Source of the DNA: the human T2T-CHM13v2.0 reference genome, Homo sapiens
Reading direction: 5' to 3' (one strand)
NCBI RefSeq assembly: GCF_009914755.1
Contig: NC_060925.1
Length of the DNA: 64,000 nucleotides
Part shown: positions 31,115 to 45,460 of the stretch, piece by piece
How the letters are laid out: every line of letters begins with the position of its first letter
How positions within the stretch are numbered: the stretch's first letter is position 1
Notes under the pieces: generated by a model
The model's input: the letters and a program-made list of their open reading frames with translations, nothing else
Told to the model about the DNA's origin: nothing
The model's database searches: none
Program-made: the position numbers and the translations under genes

Positions 31115-31713
31115 GTAAGCTAGATGTAATATAATGAAATGCTTAAAAGGGCTGTGTATCTTCATATTACACTTACAGTGATTTTCTGTTGTACCCATTA
31201 TATTCTACCTGCAGCTAGTTGAGGTAAAGAGAGGGCATTTAACTGTCAAGGGAACCTGTGAGGAGACTGTAGAAATCTGGAAAGTCTCTTGGGTCTTTGA
31301 GGGATTTTGGGATGCAGAGAGTGGGGCTGGGATCTCTGGCTAGGTTGGAGCCAGCCTGCATTTGTATCTTTATCTTGTAAGCAAACTTAGAATGCAGAGA
31401 TAGATGTGGCCTGGATGCTGCTAACTTTAGCCAACCACTAAATCTTAAGGTGGGAGAGATGCAGGCTTTGGCTGGGTGCTAAGCTGCTGTAGCTGGTTGA
31501 ATGTAGAGGTCACTATCTTTTCTGAATACTTGTAAGTAAATTAAATCATTCTCTACCCCTGTATGCCTGCCAACCAAATGGGAAATCGCTATAGAAAAGA
31601 TGGTTTAAATTTTAGTCTTTGAAGTGGTTAATGCACGTTTCTGGAATCAAGATTTAATGTGGACTTGGATTGGATATTGAATGTTTTTGATTTGTCTACT
31701 TTTCTCTCCATAG

Positions 31714-31891
31714 GGAGCTTATAGCTTCATTGCACTGTGTGTGGCATTTGGGTCCTGTTTGGCAGCAATGACTGCCTTTCTGTTTAGTGTCTGTGTGCTA
31801 TGAAGATTGCACACAGGGGTCCAGATGCATCCTGTTTTGAGAATGTTAATGGATACACCAGCTGCTGCTTTGGATTTCACCCATTGGCGGT
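31714..31891 (+). pseudogene. ASNS: Asparagine synthetase first coding exon, truncated and disabled
   Basis: Acceptor tttctctccatag|; from 31737 (ATG>GTG) reads [51 protein letters not shown] versus recalled [56 protein letters not shown]. Confidence 0.93.
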
Positions 31892-31899
31892 TTCTATAA

Positions 31900-32051
31900 A
31901 AACTTTAGACACAGTGAGCCACTCTTCTCAGGGAATGGTGGAAACCCTCCCAATTCCAATTTCCTAAACACCAGCCAAGGGCCAGCCTTGCATGCAGGCC
32001 TTTCTAAGGATGGCAGTCTCTTGCCTGTTATATGAAATCTTTTCTGCACAC
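31900..32051 (-). mobile_element. MER21 LTR 5' fragment at the ASNS breakpoint
   Basis: ccagccaagggccagccttgcatgcaggcctttctaaggatggcagtctc...tttttctgcaca. Confidence 0.75.
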
Positions 32052-32599
32052 TTTGTATAGCCCCAACTTAATTTTTGGTGTTGTTTTAAAATTTCATTTT
32101 AATAACATATTATAAGATAAGGTAACTTGGTACTAATTTCTGTTGTATGATCCATCTTAAGTTGCAGCGCTGGTTACTTTTTTGACTTTCGGTGACGAAC
32201 AGCTATTTGTACATAAGTTACCATAGCAATGTTAGGTAATTATAATCTGTCCTATTTATCTCATTTACCTTTCAGTAAAATTGTTAAATAAGCAAAATAA
32301 TTTCTGAGTTAAAATTAGAATAAAAATTGTCTTTTATTTGGATTACATGAATAATCTAGTTTTCATATTGTGCTAAAGCCCTGCTTAGAATTATGAAATA
32401 AGATAAAATATTCAATCATTTTTATCAATATTTTCTTACCTAAGCATGCAATTAAATTTACTTATTTTATATATTTTATATACTTCAATTTGAGAAATAA
32501 TGACCACATGTTGTTACTTTGGTCTTCAATGATCTCTAATTTTTAGGGTCACCGTGTCTTGCTTAAATATATCATAGTAACAGGTTCAGTGAATATCTT

Positions 32600-33272
<673 letters not shown>

Positions 33273-33289
33273 TGAATATTTTTTTTAAA

Positions 33290-33720
33290 ATCAATAACCT
33301 TGTTTCTTAGAGTAGTTTTAGGTTCACAGCAAAATTGAGAGGAAGGTACAGAGATTTCTCATATATCCCATGCCTCCCACACACGCATAGCCTCCCCCAT
33401 TATTAGTATTTTCCACCAGAGAGTGGTCCATTTGTTACAACTGATGAACTTACATTGACACATTATAATCACTTGAAGTTCATAGTTTACATCAGGCCTC
33501 ACTCTTGATGCTGTACATTCTGTGAATTTGGACAAATGTATAATGACATGACATGTATCTATTACTGTAATATTATCGACAGAACAGTTTCACCGCCCTA
33601 AAAATTCTCTGTGCTATGCCTGTTCATCTCTCCCTTTCTCCCTAGCAACTCGTGACAACCATTGATGTTTACTCTGTCTTCATAGTTTTACTTTTTTCAG
33701 AAGAGTCATATAGTTGGAAT
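33290..33720 (-). mobile_element. LINE-1 (L1MC1/2-like) 3' end
   Basis: agttttaggttcacagcaaaattgagaggaaggtacagagattt, catttgttacaactgatgaacttacattgacacat. Confidence 0.85.
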
Positions 33721-34744
33721 AAGAAGAGTGGATATCTTTTTGAGTAGTTAAAAAATTAAAGCTCCATGGCAGTTGAATGTAGTCATTTAAGATGTTCTTT
33801 GTCCTTTTGTTTTTCTTTTGCTTCTTTATCATTGTAAAGAATGATGTATTCTGATGAGATATGATTTACATACTTAGAAAACATGATTTTTATAGATATG
33901 TGGCACATAATAGAAAGGGTTGAGGAAAAGGACACCACGCCGTACTACACAGCACAACCTGGAGCATCTTGCTCTGTGAGGTGGGTCCAGATAGACTCTT
34001 TAGCAATGGAAGAGGACAAGTGCAAAGGGTTGTGATTTATAAAACTGGAATCACAAAGTCTTTCATACTTACCTTCGGTTGGAAATAAGACCAGGCAGTG
34101 AATGCTATTAGGTAAATACATAAGTTCCTCACTGATCCTCTTCCTTTGAGGGATGAGGTTGACAACAGCCTGTATTATGATGACATGACTCACCTACAAC
34201 TAGATTCTGTCATGAGAGATGACAAGGGAGTTTTGCTTTATGCGAGGTGAAAAAATTTTTTTCTCCTACTAGGGAGATGGGCAAGCATTAGAACATTCTG
34301 GTAGTAAAAGGGCATTGATAGTTTTCTTTCTATATATTTTTTCACATCAGATAATATTGCCCGACAGCCTGCCATACCTCCCCAGTGTTTATTCAGCTTC
34401 TCTCTGAATGTGGATAAGCTCTTAAAGGAGTGATCTTTCCAGTGGTTCTTTCTGTGGGAGGTAAAATGGCAGGTGAATTTGGGGCTTGTTATACGTAGGC
34501 CAGAGCAAATAGCTACAACTAAGGAAACCACCCAGCACCTTACCCAGAAGAGTATTAGCCAGAGTAACACACTGATCTCTCTTGAGATCTTCTCCACTGG
34601 TGGCTGGAAAGTATTTGCAAGGATTCCTGTTTCTGGTCTGATTCCTATGTTTTGTTGGTTTCTGGCGATAGCATGTTTTATTCTAAACTAAACAGTTTGA
34701 ACTGAAGAGCTAGAGAGGCTGTGTGGTGTTATAACAAAATAAGT

Positions 34745-35092
34745 GCAGTAACTACAACTTAACTGTGGGAGATACATTTCAAGACCCCCAGTGCATGCAT
34801 GAAACCATGAATATTACTGAATCACAAGCTGTTTTTCCCTATACATACATATCTATGACAAAGTTTAATTTATAAATTAAATTAAATCTGATGTTATCTG
34901 TAGATAGGGTGTGAGAATTGAATTGTGTCATCAGCAGGAATGATTGCTTGTTTGTTGGTGGGGAAAAACTCTCCACACATTTGGTTACAGAAGCCTTCTT
35001 TGTTGATGATTGTTGCTGTGGTGTGACAGCAGAGAAAAACGTGTCAAGTATGTCTTTCTGCGCATATAGTGGATAAGGGGTACTAGTGTATA
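34745..35092. mobile_element. Tigger2-like DNA transposon remnant with an embedded MER21-like LTR end (~34905-35050)
   Basis: gatacatttcaagacccccagtg..gaaacc, tatacatacatatctatgacaaagtttaatttataaatta, gtggataagggg. Confidence 0.6.
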
Positions 35093-35673
35093 CTCTGTTG
35101 TAATGGCCCCTCATATTTTGGTCCAGAAATCATGCTCTTTGACACTGTTGACTCATCACACCTGTTCTGCTAACAATACCATTTTTACTCAATCTCATAG
35201 GCTTTGGCTAGGATGACTTGTATACTTCAGTTCACTTGTAGATACCAAATTTTAATAAATTTATTCTTCTTTGCATCTAATAAATACAGAGGGAAGAGTT
35301 CTTACTGCATTAATTACCTACCAATACTTATAATGAATGTTAATTCTAATAAGTTCCCAGGCATGCTCCCAAAGGAATGCTTTGTAACAAAACGTCAGTC
35401 TTATGCTTTAAAAAACCAAACCAAACCAAAACAACAACAACAAAAAACAGGATCTAAAGCATACACACAAGTGTGCACAATTTTTTTATGAAGGTAGAGT
35501 CTTACTATGTTTCCCAAGCTGGTCTCAAACTTCTGGGCTCCTCAAGTGATCCTCCTGCCTCATCCTCCCAAGTAGTTTGGATTAGAGGCATGCATCACTG
35601 TGCATTCTTATGATTTTAATATTCTGTACATTTATTATTGATTTAAAATACATTTTACCTTTTTCTTTAATAG

Positions 35674-35704
35674 ATGTTGGAATTTCTGATGAATCTGCAG
35701 TCAG
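35674..35704 (+). pseudogene. ANKRD20A: ANKRD20A-like exon (31 nt; (D)VGISDESAVS)
   Basis: ctttaatag|atgttgga...gcagtcag|gtaaga. Confidence 0.85.
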
Positions 35705-35764
35705 GTAAGATTTCATAGATTTAAAAAATTATGTTAACTAAGAAAATATAGATGGAAGAAACTA

Positions 35765-35975
35765 ATATCTGTTGAGTGTTGTATTCTGGGCTAGACATCC
35801 TAATATGTTCTATGCATTTATCATCTCATAAAGCCATCATAACATCTGTGTTCCTATAACCTACTGTTAAATAAACAACTATGGATTAGAGCTGATTAAT
35901 TGCCTCATGATCCCATAGTTAACAAAGTAGCTGGCCTACAGTTTGACCATCAGCCTGTCTGCCTTCCAAATCCTT
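35765..35975 (-). mobile_element. MIR fragment
   Basis: taattgcctcatgatcccatagttaacaaagtagctgg...ctgtctgccttccaaa. Confidence 0.55.
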
Positions 35976-38382
35976 TCTCTTGCTCCTCAGCATAGATTGA
36001 TAGATATCTGTGCAGCCCTTGGATCAAAGTATAGGTCTGAATCAGATCAATCAGATTCATTAATTTGATTAACTTCTAAATTAATGAGAGTTTAAATACC
36101 TTGAACTCTCATTTAAGTTTATTGTTAGAATGTGGTTAGTCCTAATAAATTTGACGATTTCAGTGGTAACCAGTATCTTATTTTTACCTTCAAAGGCTCT
36201 AGGGCAGATCTGACTTAGCTTTGGCCATAGGACTGTAAGTTTTACCAAAGCAAGTTTAGGCAAGTCTTAGAGACAAATTATTTGACTTCCCAGTTTGGTT
36301 TTCCATTTAGGCAAGTATTTCTGCTTACTTCCATAATACATTTTTTAGTCTTGTTGCTTTTTCCATGACTTTTATATAATCTTGTCTTCATTTTTTAAAA
36401 CTTTCTTCTCTGTTTTTCTTGGTGTTTCTTTTGTTCTATTATTTTTTCAAACTCTGCTGCCCATGTATTCCAAGTTTTTCTATAGACAGAATCAAGAGGA
36501 CATAGAATTACAGAATTTTAAGGAATCTTGGAATGAATTAAAATACCTTCTAGTATTTTTCTCTGCGTTGAACATTCTGGTCAAGTGATTCTCTAGATAG
36601 AGAATGTGAGGCTCAAAGAGATTACGAAGCTTTTTTTTAGACATAGGAATTGGCAGAAATGAGATTTGAACTCATGGTAAAGCCCAGTACTCTTGCTTCT
36701 TTTTATGTCCTATTGGCGTGTGTTTTCATAATACAAACGGGAGTGAGTCTGTGGATAGAATGAGAATGGAATTAGCTGGTGAACCCAATGGAAGTAGATA
36801 AGAATGGAATGAGCAGGGGCAGTCCAAGTTTGAAGATAAACAACACTGGATTGGATAGGAGTACGGACTCTTCTACAAGAGATCAAAGTATTGGGGTTTA
36901 TGACAAGTTTGATAAAGATAAATTATAAAAATGAAGGACACAAGATGTTGGGAATTATCTACAAAGGCACATTAAAATAGAAGGTTCAAGGGAGCTCTAA
37001 AAATTTTGCTGCTTTTTTTTTTTAAATCAAGGACTGACAAACTTGAAGATTTTTACTGAAAGATGCCAAAACATATTGAGACACTGGGAAGAATGTCTAC
37101 AGCAGATAGAAATGTGGTGTCATCTACTTCCATCCTGACTTACAAAGGGGTGGCTTAGAGCCCCTGGAGTACTAAGGGGCTGGAAATTGCTGAACTACAT
37201 AGATGTGTGGCACAGGGCAGGTGTCTCCTCACCTCTGCCTCTTTTCACAGTTCACTGATGTCCTTCCCATGTCCATGTGGGCTGGGTCAGGGGCATGATT
37301 AGCTGGCAAATCAGTCATGGAGTTCAGTTGGGTAGTTGGTAGTGTGTATAGCTGGTGGCAGGTGATGGAGACTCCAGTTAGCTTGTTTTTCAGGAGCAGG
37401 GATATAGAGAGCTCCTACTCCTGGTCATTTGAGGCCATTCTTTCAGGAATCTGTGCTTTCATACACTGAAGATTTGAAGACTGGAGACTTCTGTGGAACC
37501 CTGCAGAAGTAGAATCTGGAAGTGGGTGTCCATAGGAAGAAATATACTTAGATAGTACTTAGGGAAATAGAGGTACAACTATCATGACTCTGTTTCTTTT
37601 CTGGCAGTCTCTCTCCTTGGGTGTCTGAGTGCCTATGAAAATTTTTAAGGGCTTGCTAGTTTATGTGGACCTGAATAAGGTAGGACCTATAGAGTGAAAA
37701 TAATGGGATTTTATAATTGTTAATATTTTAATCTTTCTGGGAAAAGTATTCTCAATAAGAACATACATCTTTGCTATTTGACTTCTGTACATTTAGCTTT
37801 CATACATTTCAAATATTGTGGGGGCTTTCCTGTACCAATTTAGGGTAAATGAAATCAATAGGACCTTCCTAAGTTGGATCCATGCTGAGGAATCAAGACT
37901 ACCATTTTGAAGTGATGTAGATTAGTGTTTTATCCAGAGACAGATCATGGAAAAGAGACAGTGGATCTTTCTACCTTGTTTTAGGTCATCAGTTTTATTC
38001 CAGTTTAGGGAACAAAATTTATGTCATCCATTAATTGAATTTTAAGTTCAGCTTCAGGACAGATAATTTGTGAGGACACATTATTGTCAGGCTCTGCCAA
38101 TATATTGACTGTCACTATTTGTTATAAACCTCAAGGTTAGCTTTCATTGAATATTTTATAGATTTAGACAGGTGGAGGCAGAAATAGGTAACTAAAATCT
38201 CTTTTTAGAACAGAGGACATATTTTAATTATATCAAGAATCATAATTTAGTATATAGATCACTGACCTTTCCCCAGATTATGTTTTCCTTTTTTTGAGGG
38301 GGAAGCTGGATATAAACTGGCAATTAAAAAAATTGTAAAGAAATCAACTTGCTCATTTTCATTGTGTATTTTTGCTCTCAAG

Positions 38383-38452
38383 CATTTTGCATGAACTGTG
38401 TGTGGATTCATTGCCTACATTGGATGATGAAGACTTGAGTGTTGCTACTAAG
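38383..38452 (+). pseudogene. ANKRD20A: ANKRD20A-like exon (70 nt; ILHELCVDSLPTLDDEDLSVATK)
   Basis: ctctcaag|cattttg...gctactaag|gtaaag. Confidence 0.88.
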
Positions 38453-39394
38453 GTAAAGTGGTCTCTAGTAAAATTAATCTTCTCACTCTGAGTGTAGTTT
38501 TGCATAGTATTTACTTTTCAAATTTAGCAGTGGTTTACCTATCATTGTTTTATGGTGGTAATGGAAAGCTGGTCAGAGAAAAACATACACATGGCTAGTT
38601 GATTCAAAAAATGTGTTAAACTTTGGTAACTAATAAAGATTGGTAAGTACTGTGACAGGCTGGGAGCTGAAAAAAAATGAACTGGAAAATAAGTAGTCAC
38701 GGGAAAATCACATTAGGAAATGCTTTCTCCAATAGAGGAAATATGAAATTTGGTTAAAGTTTATTTGGATAAATACTAATACTTTGACTTTTAAATCATA
38801 CGAGTGTGACTTTCTTAATATTTATTCCTGTATAAACCTTCAGTGGATCAAATTGTTTGCAGTAATCATGGAATCCTCCTGGTAATTTTTAGTGGCAGAA
38901 ATGTTCAGCACATAACATATAGCTTTTGTTCTTGGAAACTTATCATTTTGGTGTCATATAGTTTTTAGGAGAGATTGTTTCTCTACTTATATTATTGGTT
39001 CTGTAGTGAGACTAAAAAAGTATTAAAAGTTGTAGAAAAATAGCTGAGTTTGGTGGTGTACACCTGTAGTCCCTGCTACTTGGGAGTTTGAGACAGTAAG
39101 ATTGCTTGAACACAGGAGTTTGAGAACAGCCTGGGTAACATTGTATCTGATTTAAAAATATAAATTGTGGAAATGTAGAAATTTAAATTTATGTTCTCAA
39201 GATTTGTATTGCAAAGGGATTTTTATGTGATTTATGAGTTGTCCATGAAGAGTTTATATAAAACACTTCATCTAATTGAATAACATGTATTTTCCTGCAA
39301 ATAACCAGTTCTAGAAGCAGAGACTCTTAATACCAATATGGTAAGTCTTTATCATCATAATTTTGTCATTGTAGTTTATTTAAAATATTTACTT

Positions 39395-39710
39395 GGCCAG
39401 GCGTGGTGGCTCACACCTGTAATCCCAGCACTTTTGGAGGCCGAGGTGGGTAGCTCCCCTGAGGTCAGGAGTTCAAGATCAGCCTGGCCAACATGGTGAA
39501 ACCCTGTCTCTTAAAAAAAAAAAAAAAAGCACAAAAATTATCCAGGCATGATAGTGCATGCCTGTAATCCCAGTTGCTCAGGAGGCTAAGGCAGGAGAAT
39601 CGCTTGAACCCAGGAGACAAAGATTGCAGTGAGCCAAAATCGCACCATTGCACTGTATGCTGGATGACAGAGCAAGACTACATCTTAAAAAATAAAATAA
39701 AATAAAATAA
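39395..39710 (+). mobile_element. Alu (S-like)
   Basis: Full dimer, (aaaat)n tail. Confidence 0.95.
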
Positions 39711-39892
39711 CCACTCAAAGTCCTTATATCATATTCTGAAAGTTTGAATGTCAGAAGGTTTTCTATTTAGTTTTTTAAATGATCATTGGAAGCTCCTGCA
39801 TACCATAAGCTACTGGAGGTCAGTAAACATATTTGTGTGTATCCTGGAGTACCTAGAATACAGTCTTCCATGTAAGAAGCATTTTACTTGTT

Positions 39893-40183
39893 GTTTTTTG
39901 AGATGGGGTTTCACTCTGTCACCCAGGCTGGAGGGCACTGGTGAGATCTTGGCTCACTCCGATCTCCATTTCCTAGGCTCAGGTGATCCTCACACCTCAG
40001 CCATCCAAGTAGTTGAAACAATAGAGCTATGTCACCATAGACCTGTGTCACCATGCTGGGCTGAGTTTTGTAGAGATAGGGTTTTGCCTTGTTGCCCAGG
40101 CTCTTCTTTAACTGTTGGGCTCAAGTGTTCTGCTCGCCTCAGCCTCTCAAAGTGCTGGGGTTACAGACATGAGACATTCAGCC
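39893..40183 (-). mobile_element. Alu (J-like)
   Basis: Antisense dimer. Confidence 0.88.
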
Positions 40184-40552
40184 TTAATAGTTGTTTAATC
40201 TGAATAAATAAACAAATGAATTTTTATATAATGGAATGTTATAAGTAATATAATAAACCTAATGTATCTAATCATTAAATATTGTATTTAAAATATTGCT
40301 TACATTGTATTATTTTTTAATATTTAACGGTGTATAAGTTTTGACATGTTATGTTGAGAAATTATGCCATAATTAAAAAGGAAATAAAATAGAAATAGGC
40401 CATCGGTAGCAAAGAGGGTTACAATATATTTTCTAGTATCATTCAACTGGAATCTTAACACTGAGATTTTAGATTAATATTTCTTAAGCTTTTTATTAAA
40501 CCCAACTCATATTCCATTAAATACACCGTTTCAAGCCATACATTACTCTTTA

Positions 40553-41324
40553 TTATTATTATTATACTTTAAGTTCTAGGGTACATGTGCACAACGTGCA
40601 GGTTTGTTAAATATGTATACATGTGCCATGTTGGTGTGCTGCACCCATTAACTCGTCATTTATACTAGGTATATCTCTTAATGCTATTCCTCCCCTCTCC
40701 CCCCACCCCATGACAGGCCATGGTGTGTGATGTTCCCCATCCTGTGTCCAAGTGTTCTCATTTTTCTGTTCCCACCTATGAGTGAGAACATGTGGTGTTT
40801 GGTTTTCTGTCCTTGCAACAGTTTGCTCAGAATGATGGTTTCCAGCTTCATCCACGTCTCTACAAAGGACATGAACTCATCATTTTTTATGCTGCATAGT
40901 ATTCCATGGTGTGTAAGTGCCACATTTTCTTAATCCAGTCTATCATTGATGGGCATATGGGTTGGTTCCAAGTCTTTGCTATTGTGAATAGTGCTGCAAT
41001 AAACATACATGTGCATGTGTCTTTATAGCAGCATGATTTATAATCCTTTGCATATATATCCAGTAATGGGATGGCTGGATCAAACGGTATTTCTAATTCT
41101 TGATCCTTGAGGAATCTCCACACTGTCTTCCACAATGGTTGAACTAGTTTACAGTCCCACCAACAGTGTAAAAGTGTTCCTATTTCTCCACATCCTCTCC
41201 AGCACCTGTTGTTTCCTGACTTTTTAATGATTGCCATTCTAACTGGTGTGAAATGATATCTCATAGTGGTTTCGATTTGCATTTCTCTGATGGCCAGTGA
41301 TGATGAGCATTTTTTCATGTGTCT
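40553..41324 (-). mobile_element. 5'-truncated L1PA with 18-bp TSD
   Basis: ORF2 C-terminus ([26 protein letters not shown]) plus 3'UTR; TSD gccatacattactcttta at 40535-40552 and 41325-41342. Confidence 0.96.
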
Positions 41325-41702
41325 GCCATACATTACTCTTTAGAATTCTGGTGACCAATTCTTTTTCTGGGTGGAAAGTTGATGGAAAGTTCCAGTTTTC
41401 TCTCTCTGTTATAATAATGTTCTTTCAGGTAATGGTAGATGACCATATTTAGTTAATTGAATGTCTTATAGTAAGAAACACTATCACAGAAGTACTTACA
41501 AAAAACTAATTGCAGCATAAATATTAATTAGTATTATCAGAGTTATGAAAGACCGAAGGCTCTGTTATAGATCTATTTCCCCATGTACTTTATTGTACTT
41601 CATGTTTTTCATTTTCTTTCTTGGCTTAAGCTCATATTTCATTGACTAATTAGGCTTGTTTTTTGTTTGTATCTCTCTGTTCTCACATTTTAAATTGAAA
41701 TT

Positions 41703-42008
<306 letters not shown>

Positions 42009-42024
42009 TAAAGAAATTGATTAG

Positions 42025-42320
42025 GGCTGGGTGTGGTGGTGCACACTGCTTATCTCAACATTTTGGGAGGCAGAAGTGGAAGATTTGCTTGAGCCCAGGA
42101 GCTTGAGACCAGCCTGGGAGGTATAATGAGGCCTTGTCTCTACAAAGATAACAATAAAAACATTAGCATGACATGATGGTATGCACCTGTAGTTCCAGCT
42201 ATTCAGGAAGTTGAGGTGGGAAGATTGCTTGAGGTCAGGAGTTTGAGACCACAGTGAGCCATAATCAGGCCCCTGCATTCTAGCCCTGGGTTGACAGAGT
42301 GAGACCCAGTTTCATAAAAA
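42025..42320 (+). mobile_element. Alu (J-like)
   Basis: Sense dimer; TSD-like aagaaattgattag / aagagattgataag. Confidence 0.9.
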
Positions 42321-42392
42321 GAGATTGATAAGAAACTCTTGATGCAACTCATTATAATTTTAAATGGAAACTAATTCTTGATATTACCTTAG

Positions 42393-42477
42393 CAGTGTGT
42401 CCCCGAGAAAGTGTCAGAGCCTTTACGTGGACCTTCTCATGAAAAAGGAAACAGAATAGTCAATGGAAAAGGAAAAG
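42393..42477 (+). pseudogene. ANKRD20A: ANKRD20A-like exon (85 nt; QCVPEKVSEPLRGPSHEKGNRIVNGKGK)
   Basis: taccttag|cagtgt...ggaaaag|gtgaga. Confidence 0.88.
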
Positions 42478-42515
42478 GTGAGAACCGTATTTTATTTAAA
42501 AAGTCATTTGATGGA

Positions 42516-42861
<346 letters not shown>

Positions 42862-43629
42862 CTAAAGAAAATGTCCTATTAACTGTATCATAAGTAAAAG
42901 AGAAATGAAATGTTGATAAGTGGTGTCTCTAACCAAGGGTCAGCAGTTGATTCTATTGGAAGTACCACTAAAGGAGCTGAGTTATGAGTTCCATTTTAAC
43001 ATACTCTAAGACCTGAGGCAAGTCAGGAGAGAGGGAAGAGGAAATGAATAAAAGAGAAAGAAAGAATGAGGAGGGCAGAGTGTACATGGAATAAATAAAA
43101 AAAAGTGGATGTATGTAATGGAGGGTAGTAAAGTCAAATTGATCTGTAGAAGAAGGAAGAACAGGGTGTTAGAAATAGGAAGGAAGATAAAGTGAGCTTC
43201 CAGTACCAAAATGTGTCATATAATTACAGTAACATTTTCCTTCTCTTGCTGTCATTCTCGCTACTGGGGAGGCATTAAGGATTGAGGTACTTTACCATGC
43301 AGACCTGTGTTTTATCTACCATAGATGAACATCACCATAAATGGTCAGCCATGTATGACTGTAATTTGTTTTCATAGAAAATGTTGTAACTTCATAGGAT
43401 AGTATCATATTAACATAATTGAAAAGAATAGTGTTGGGTGATTTATTGGGAAGAAATTAATTAGAGAAGCTTTGCCTGATTAAAAGTTCATTAGAAACAT
43501 TATGGCTTATAACGTAGTATTAAATTCAGGGACATAATAGGAAAGAAGTTGAGGCTAGGCCAAAAAGGCCAATTAGGGTAAACCAATATGGAAGCACACC
43601 AGTGTAGAACAGGGCATTCAAATTGTCAT

Positions 43630-43752
43630 GAATTCGTTGAGGAGCTTCTGGAAAGTGCACATTCTGACTCAGCAGGTATTGGAGTCTGCATTTCTCATGA
43701 GCACTCAGGTGATGTTTGTGCTGGTCCTTGGACACAGCTCTGAATAGCAAGG
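43630..43752. mobile_element. MER5-like MITE remnant
   Basis: attctgactcagcaggt..tctgcatttct..caggtgatg..tgctggtcc..ctgaatagcaagg. Confidence 0.55.
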
Positions 43753-45267
43753 GAATAGCCTTCCTTTAGAGAAATCTGGAAAAAGAACCACTGGAGAGCA
43801 ATTTAAAAGATAACAGAATCCAGGGAAAGCTTTAATTTCCTTTTATTTCTGAGCATGATTCTAGCCACAGGGTAAGGAAAATGAGATGAAAAAAGAGAGA
43901 TTACAGGTGTATACTACTGCTGAATACAGATGAAAAAAGTGGTCACAATCATCCATAAAAAGCAGTTAGGAAGGGAAACATCAGGATGACATTTCTGATA
44001 ATCATTTTTTCAAAGGAAGAGGGATGGTGAAAGGACACAAAAGGAGGAAAGAAAGACATTTGCTGGGGTCTTGGGAGTTAAAGCCAAGTTAACTTGAGAC
44101 AACTCACTTCCAGTTGCTTCAGCATATGCCCAGTCTCACAAAAGAGGTTATTGCTGTGGAGAGTACTGGAGACAGGAGGGAGTGCTAGAGTTGGGGTAAA
44201 CCACAGCAGCTCATTTCACTTGATATCTGTCAGGCCTCAGGGGGAGAAGTTTCACTGACATGAGTGAATAAGATATGATTAAGTTGCATATAGATGCTTT
44301 GGCGAAATTTTTTTGAGACAGCCAGTTCTTTGATATGATAGCTGTTTTATAAAAGTCCTTTACAGTGTAAGATAATATACCAAACTTAGTTAATTTTAGA
44401 AGTAATCATAAAATTCATTCCATGAAAACCAAAATTATCATTTTCATAAATACTGCACTGATTTTGAAATATAAATATGTATTAATATCCAGCAAGTCTG
44501 TGGTCATTTAATGTTTTCTTTTTTGATAAATATTTTCATATCAGAAGCTTATTCGACATGGTTTATTTGATGTGTTTTATGGACCACCTTGCATGAGTGG
44601 ATCAAGGAGCTCTAATTCAAGGCCAAATGAGGGGATAGGAGAAATGTAGGTGCTGCAGTAGCCCATGTGATCATGGGAAAAATGAGTAGTTTGATTAGCT
44701 GTTATTTCATAAGTGTGTATCCTAGCTGATCAATGTAGAACCCTTTCTTTGATGAGAGGTGAATCACACATTCACCTGAACTGTCATCCCAACTGCGTAT
44801 TTCCTCAGTGACAAGACAAGGGGAATTTATTTGTGCTGTGCTGCCAGCAATGCCTCTGGTGTGTGGAGTTAAAATACTCTGTACATTCACCATCAGCTTT
44901 GACATTGATTCTCTCAGGTTTGATTTGCCCCTCTGTTTAATGGTCCCTTTTCTCCTCATCAGTCCACATGTTCACGGTTATATCAATGCTTTTCTATTTT
45001 AAGTATAGGCATTTGAAACATAATCTCACTACTGAAATGTAAACTGTGCATTTTGTGAATCCTATATTCTTATTTTCCTCATTGTGTTTCTGTCATGTTG
45101 CTGTCCTAGGCAATGAAAAGAAGAAGCCAAGAAGAACCCTCAAAACCTTAAGTAATTATTTTTATAGCCAGGCCTGAGAATTCAGCTCGACAGTAACACT
45201 GCATGAATGTTTGGTTGGCCTTGTCATACTTACATATAATTGATGACATATCCCCTTTGCTTTGTAG

Positions 45268-45296
45268 GGCCTCCTGCAAAACATCCTTCCTTGAAG
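45268..45296 (+). pseudogene. ANKRD20A: ANKRD20A-like 29-nt exon (GPPAKHPSLK)
   Basis: tttgtag|ggcctcct...ttgaag|gtaatt. Confidence 0.88.
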
Positions 45297-45387
45297 GTAA
45301 TTAATTATGTATATTTTTGAATCACTAACTCCATGTTGTATAAAATATATATGATTTATGAATCGTTATCTTTTAAAACCCATTCAG

Positions 45388-45460
45388 CCTAGCACTGAAG
45401 TGGAAGATCCTGCTGTGAAAGGAGCAGTACAAAGAAAGAATGTACAGACATTGAGAGCAG
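45388..45460 (+). pseudogene. ANKRD20A: ANKRD20A-like 73-nt exon (PSTEVEDPAVKGAVQRKNVQTLRA)
   Basis: cattcag|cctagc...agagcag|gtacat. Confidence 0.88.

Noticed and set aside
40887-41333. 148-aa L1 ORF2-like ORF as an active element
   Set aside because: Only the C-terminal fragment of a 0.77-kb 5'-truncated insertion.
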